From Pontiella sp. (GTDB lineage Bacteria; Verrucomicrobiota; Kiritimatiellia; Kiritimatiellales; Pontiellaceae), in NCBI GenBank assembly GCA_050290185.1, contig JBNKHE010000002.1:64001-128000 (forward strand): a DNA stretch of 64,000 nucleotides, given 5' to 3'. Shown in pieces: positions 60,503 through 64,000 of the stretch; positions within the stretch are counted from its first letter, which is position 1, and every line of letters begins with the position of its first letter. The notes under the pieces were generated by a model. That model searched no databases. It saw nothing but the letters and a program-made list of their open reading frames with translations, and was not told the origin of the DNA. The position numbers were made by a program, and so were the translations under genes.

Positions 60503-63500
60503 CTACGGCTCGGTTCCAAGGAGATAGAACCGATACGGCGATTCAGCCGAACTGTTCGTGAAGCCGAGTGTGCCACCCGTACCGGGGATCGGCGTTCCAA
60601 GCGGAATCCATGAGGCGTCCAGCAAATGGTCCTTGTAGTATATCTGGTAATTCAATCCGCTGATCGAAGACCAACTAAACACAACGTTTGTTCCGCTGGC
60701 CTGTACCTCGCCCAGAACCGGTCCATCCGCGGGGATCGCATTGGAGGAGCCAGGCGTTGGAGACGATAGCGAAAGGATCGTATCGCCACCAGCGGGATAA
60801 CGCCCTTCCGACAGATCGGCCGTCTGCACCCCGAACGAGACGGTATCAATCTCCCGGCCATCCGGCGCATACAACCCGATAGACTCGCCTCCTTTGTCCA
60901 ACGAGAAACCGGTATGCAGAGCGGGTTGGTTGGTGGAGTTCTGTTCCGGTTCCCCGTCGGCCCAGACCAGCAGGTAGCCGTCTGGAGGGATGGAGTAGTG
61001 TCCATTGTCCGGAATCTGGAATTCGAACGGGTTGGAAAGCTCGTCGGTCAGGTAGCATCCGCCGAGATCGACGGCAGTGGTTCCCGGGTTGTACAGCTCG
61101 AACCAGTCCTCGTAATCGCCATCAGCCGGGTCGGCCAACGTGACATCGTTGTCCGCCATCCATTCGTTGATAACGATGGCGTCCAACGGGTCCGTGATAA
61201 CTTCAGTGCTGATCACCGTCAGTGCGGCGCTCGCTCCAGGAACGGGATCACCGAACCGGTCCACACCTGCAATCGACAAATTGTTCGTGCCGGGAAGCAG
61301 CGGCACCGTCATGCTCCATGCTGTGACACTCGTCCAGTCGAGCGGATAGCCTACGCCGTTGACCAGAATATCGGCAACCTGTAGCGGCGCAGTACCGGTC
61401 AGGACCACGCTGTTGCTCGAGACCGAGAACGAGGGGGAACCGTCGACAGCAAAATCGGCGGATGGCAGTATGCCCTGGAGATAGGTGCGGCGAGCGGAAA
61501 TGAAATTGATGATGGATTGTGGAGAAGCTACCGACACGCCGTTCTTCAGAAGGTTTTGATAACGTTCGTTCAAGATCGCGCCGGCAACACCGGGTGCCAT
61601 CGGCCCATCGACCGCTTCCTGGAAAGCCATAAGGTATTCCCTGTGGATCGATGAAATCGAGGTGATCATGTTGAACAGCACCGAGTCCTGGCTCCAGTAG
61701 ATGCTCTCGGTCGTGCCATGGCTCCCGTTACCGAGGGCCAGTTCAATATCCCACATCAGCAGGCGCCATCCGTTGCCGTCCGGCTTGAAGGCATACATAT
61801 TCTTGCCGCGGTCGTAGGCATAGCTGTCCCAGCTCCCGCAAACATGGTGCGTTACGATGGGACGAAGGAAATTGCGCACATCCATCCTGTCATGCACCCG
61901 GTCTTCCCAATCCGGCGATGCGCTGTTATTAACCGCCACCACCAGATTGGTAAAGTTGAACCAGTTTTCATGATCCCGGGTCGCGCGCGGTCGCCAACTC
62001 CAGCGATACCACTTCAGGTCGATGCCTCCCGTGCTCTTGTTTACCAGCCCGATGCGGCCGTACACACTGCCCTGGTCGACAAAGTTGTCGGCAAACTCGA
62101 ACCAGCTTTCGATCTTGCGTAGCTCCGTCTGCGAGTCGTCGGGGAAATATTCGTCGAGCATTTCACTGTTGGGTTGCTGGGTATCCAGATAAATACTTCC
62201 GCGTTCATTGCCGTTAACCATCATGTGCATATGGCGCCGGTAGTTGTACTGCTGTCCCAGCTTTCGTGCAATCCAGGTGCCGGTCAGGTCAACCTGTGTG
62301 GTTGAATCATACCAGAAGCTGCCGTTATCGTCTTCCGCCTGGATAACAAACGGCTCCGAACCCAGAAAGCGTTCGCCCGGCTGGAAATTAACTTCATAGT
62401 CACAGGCGAAGGAGCCCACAGGCCCATTATAGGCAGGCGTATGGAACGGACTGGCGCTGTACATGGTGCCGACGTTGTAGACCACCCGGTGGTTTCCATA
62501 GACAAACGTCGCATCAATCGGGTCGTTGGCATTCTTCTCGCGACTGCCCCAGAAACTGAGATTGGTTGCCGTTACCCACAACCGATACGTGCCGAGGCCG
62601 CCGGCAAGTTGTGATTCTCCCCAGCCCACCAGGCATTCATGCGCCGGGGCATTTGCCGGGAATTGCGAACTTGCGGAACCATCGGAGCCCGAAATATAGA
62701 ACGCAACCAGCGTGCCGTCCGAATGGCCTGCCAGGGTCGCCGAATAGAGGCCGTCGCCGGCAACGGCATCGCCGCCGGTGCCGGCGTCATTCATGGTCGT
62801 GGTGGAATACGATGCCGACGGATCAATACGGTAGTGAAGCGTCAGCAAGGAGATCCCGTCCGGATCGGTGGCGCGTGCGGTCACCACCACCGCTTCGTCC
62901 GCCGCCGGAAGAACGGGGCTGTGCGCAACATCGTAGATGGCCGGTCCCGCATTGGCGACGAGCCGTGAGTTGGCCTGCCCCGGTGTTCCGCAATTGTCCG
63001 GAACCTCCAGACCCTGGCTGGCTTCCATCCAGTTGCCGCGCAGCCGGAAAAGGATCTGTTTCGCCCCCTTCAGCCAACGCACCTTGGCCCGGATGGTTCC
63101 CGTATCCGATCCCGTGATCGCAGGGACGGCGGAAAGATTGTTGTAGGCCTTGTTGCAACCCGTGTCACCACGTGCAACGGAAACCAGATGCAGCGCATCC
63201 GAACCACTGACGCCGATTCCACTTTCGACATAGGAGTTCCGAACAACGCCTCCAAAGCCCCAGCTGGAGGAACCACTTGAAAAATCGCCATTCTGAACAA
63301 GACTGGCCCCGCCGTTATTCAGGAATTCGACGTCATCGACCTGCACTTCACCGGCCCCCTGCAACAACAGTTCGAGACGGTTGCAATCGGCAGCCTCACC
63401 ATAGCTTCCTCCTTCATCCACCACGGAGGCCGCCTGCCCGTTTTCCAGAATCTCCGTAACGTCGACGGTCGTCCACGGCGCCTTGGCCGTTTCATCGCTG

Positions 63501-64000
63501 TCGGCCCAGCTGGCAGGCTGGCGATTGTCGGCGTCGGGATCGATCAGCTCCAGCGAGCTGCCACCACCGTCGCTCCATTCCCCCCAACGACCTCCGTCTA
63601 GATAAGTCACCTCCTCTACCGGAATGTAGAAGATGTTGGTGGTTGCCACATTCTGGCTATTGGTTGAGATCAAGTCCTCCCACATCGAGAGGCGGATCGT
63701 GTCACTCGAATTGCCAAGAGATCCGATGTAGTTGCCGTAGGTGTTCGCACTGTTGAGCTGGGTGTATTTCGCGATCAGGTTGGTGGCGTTTTCGGCCACC
63801 ACCAGATACCCATGGCCGGCGATGAGCGAGTTGCTTGGAAATTCGTAGGAAATGCCGCCCTGCAGCTTCCATCCCGAGAGATCCACCGGACTGCCGGTGC
63901 GGTTGTACAGCTCGATATATTCATCGTTCTTCGAATCGGAAATGGGGTGATACATGATTTCATTGATCACAACCGGCCGCTGCAAGGGCACTGTATTGGC
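60503..64000 (-). CDS. Large secreted lamin-tail-domain / CotH-kinase-like protein; 5' end lies outside the window
   Basis: LTD motifs VVINEIMYHP..EYIELYN and VINEWMADN..DWFELYN; NDAGTGGDAVAGDGLYS; CotH-like WDSY..KNMY and LLMWDIE; frame open to the window edge. Confidence 0.8.
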   Translation of the reverse strand, partial: ANTVPLQRPVVINEIMYHPISDSKNDEYIELYNRTGSPVDLSGWKLQGGISYEFPSNSLIAGHGYLVVAENATNLIAKYTQLNSANTYGNYIGSLGNSSDTIRLSMWEDLISTNSQNVATTNIFYIPVEEVTYLDGGRWGEWSDGGGSSLELIDPDADNRQPASWADSDETAKAPWTTVDVTEILENGQAASVVDEGGSYGEAADCNRLELLLQGAGEVQVDDVEFLNNGGASLVQNGDFSSGSSSWGFGGVVRNSYVESGIGVSGSDALHLVSVARGDTGCNKAYNNLSAVPAITGSDTGTIRAKVRWLKGAKQILFRLRGNWMEASQGLEVPDNCGTPGQANSRLVANAGPAIYDVAHSPVLPAADEAVVVTARATDPDGISLLTLHYRIDPSASYSTTTMNDAGTGGDAVAGDGLYSATLAGHSDGTLVAFYISGSDGSASSQFPANAPAHECLVGWGESQLAGGLGTYRLWVTATNLSFWGSREKNANDPIDATFVYGNHRVVYNVGTMYSASPFHTPAYNGPVGSFACDYEVNFQPGERFLGSEPFVIQAEDDNGSFWYDSTTQVDLTGTWIARKLGQQYNYRRHMHMMVNGNERGSIYLDTQQPNSEMLDEYFPDDSQTELRKIESWFEFADNFVDQGSVYGRIGLVNKSTGGIDLKWYRWSWRPRATRDHENWFNFTNLVVAVNNSASPDWEDRVHDRMDVRNFLRPIVTHHVCGSWDSYAYDRGKNMYAFKPDGNGWRLLMWDIELALGNGSHGTTESIYWSQDSVLFNMITSISSIHREYLMAFQEAVDGPMAPGVAGAILNERYQNLLKNGVSVASPQSIINFISARRTYLQGILPSADFAVDGSPSFSVSSNSVVLTGTAPLQVADILVNGVGYPLDWTSVTAWSMTVPLLPGTNNLSIAGVDRFGDPVPGASAALTVISTEVITDPLDAIVINEWMADNDVTLADPADGDYEDWFELYNPGTTAVDLGGCYLTDELSNPFEFQIPDNGHYSIPPDGYLLVWADGEPEQNSTNQPALHTGFSLDKGGESIGLYAPDGREIDTVSFGVQTADLSEGRYPAGGDTILSLSSPTPGSSNAIPADGPVLGEVQASGTNVVFSWSSISGLNYQIYYKDHLLDASWIPLGTPIPGTGGTLGFTNSSAESPYRFYLLGTEP

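Overview
GC-rich bacterial chromosomal window. The gene content suggests a PVC-superphylum polysaccharide degrader, possibly Kiritimatiellota/Verrucomicrobiota; this is inferred, not tested. About 45 CDS form a housekeeping backbone (alaS, dnaG, sppA, kdsD, priA, tsaC, rpiB-glyA fusion, rpoE-like sigma, udg, rluD, cinA-N, rsmB, htrA, xseAB, ymdB, comM) interspersed with CAZymes (GH78, GH43, CE12, GT2) and accessory loci. Most notable: (1) a stand-alone MotA/ExbB-family plus MotB/ExbD-like gene pair behind a sigma54-type promoter, with a ZorA-like 18-residue-repeat helical tail and no recognisable effectors; (2) two duplicated ECF-sigma / zinc-anti-sigma-TM-VWA(YfbK) modules that bracket a 2089-aa internally duplicated membrane protein, each preceded by the same CAAAGA-N16-CGTAT motif; (3) a c-type cytochrome fused to an outer-membrane beta-barrel next to a secreted cupredoxin; (4) a RAYT transposase inside a REP array, plus a second REP family; (5) two secreted TPR/SEL1 genes, each followed by a duplicated 3' end of the upstream gene. 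No rRNA, tRNA or CRISPR array was seen. All calls rest on motif reading; no searches were run.
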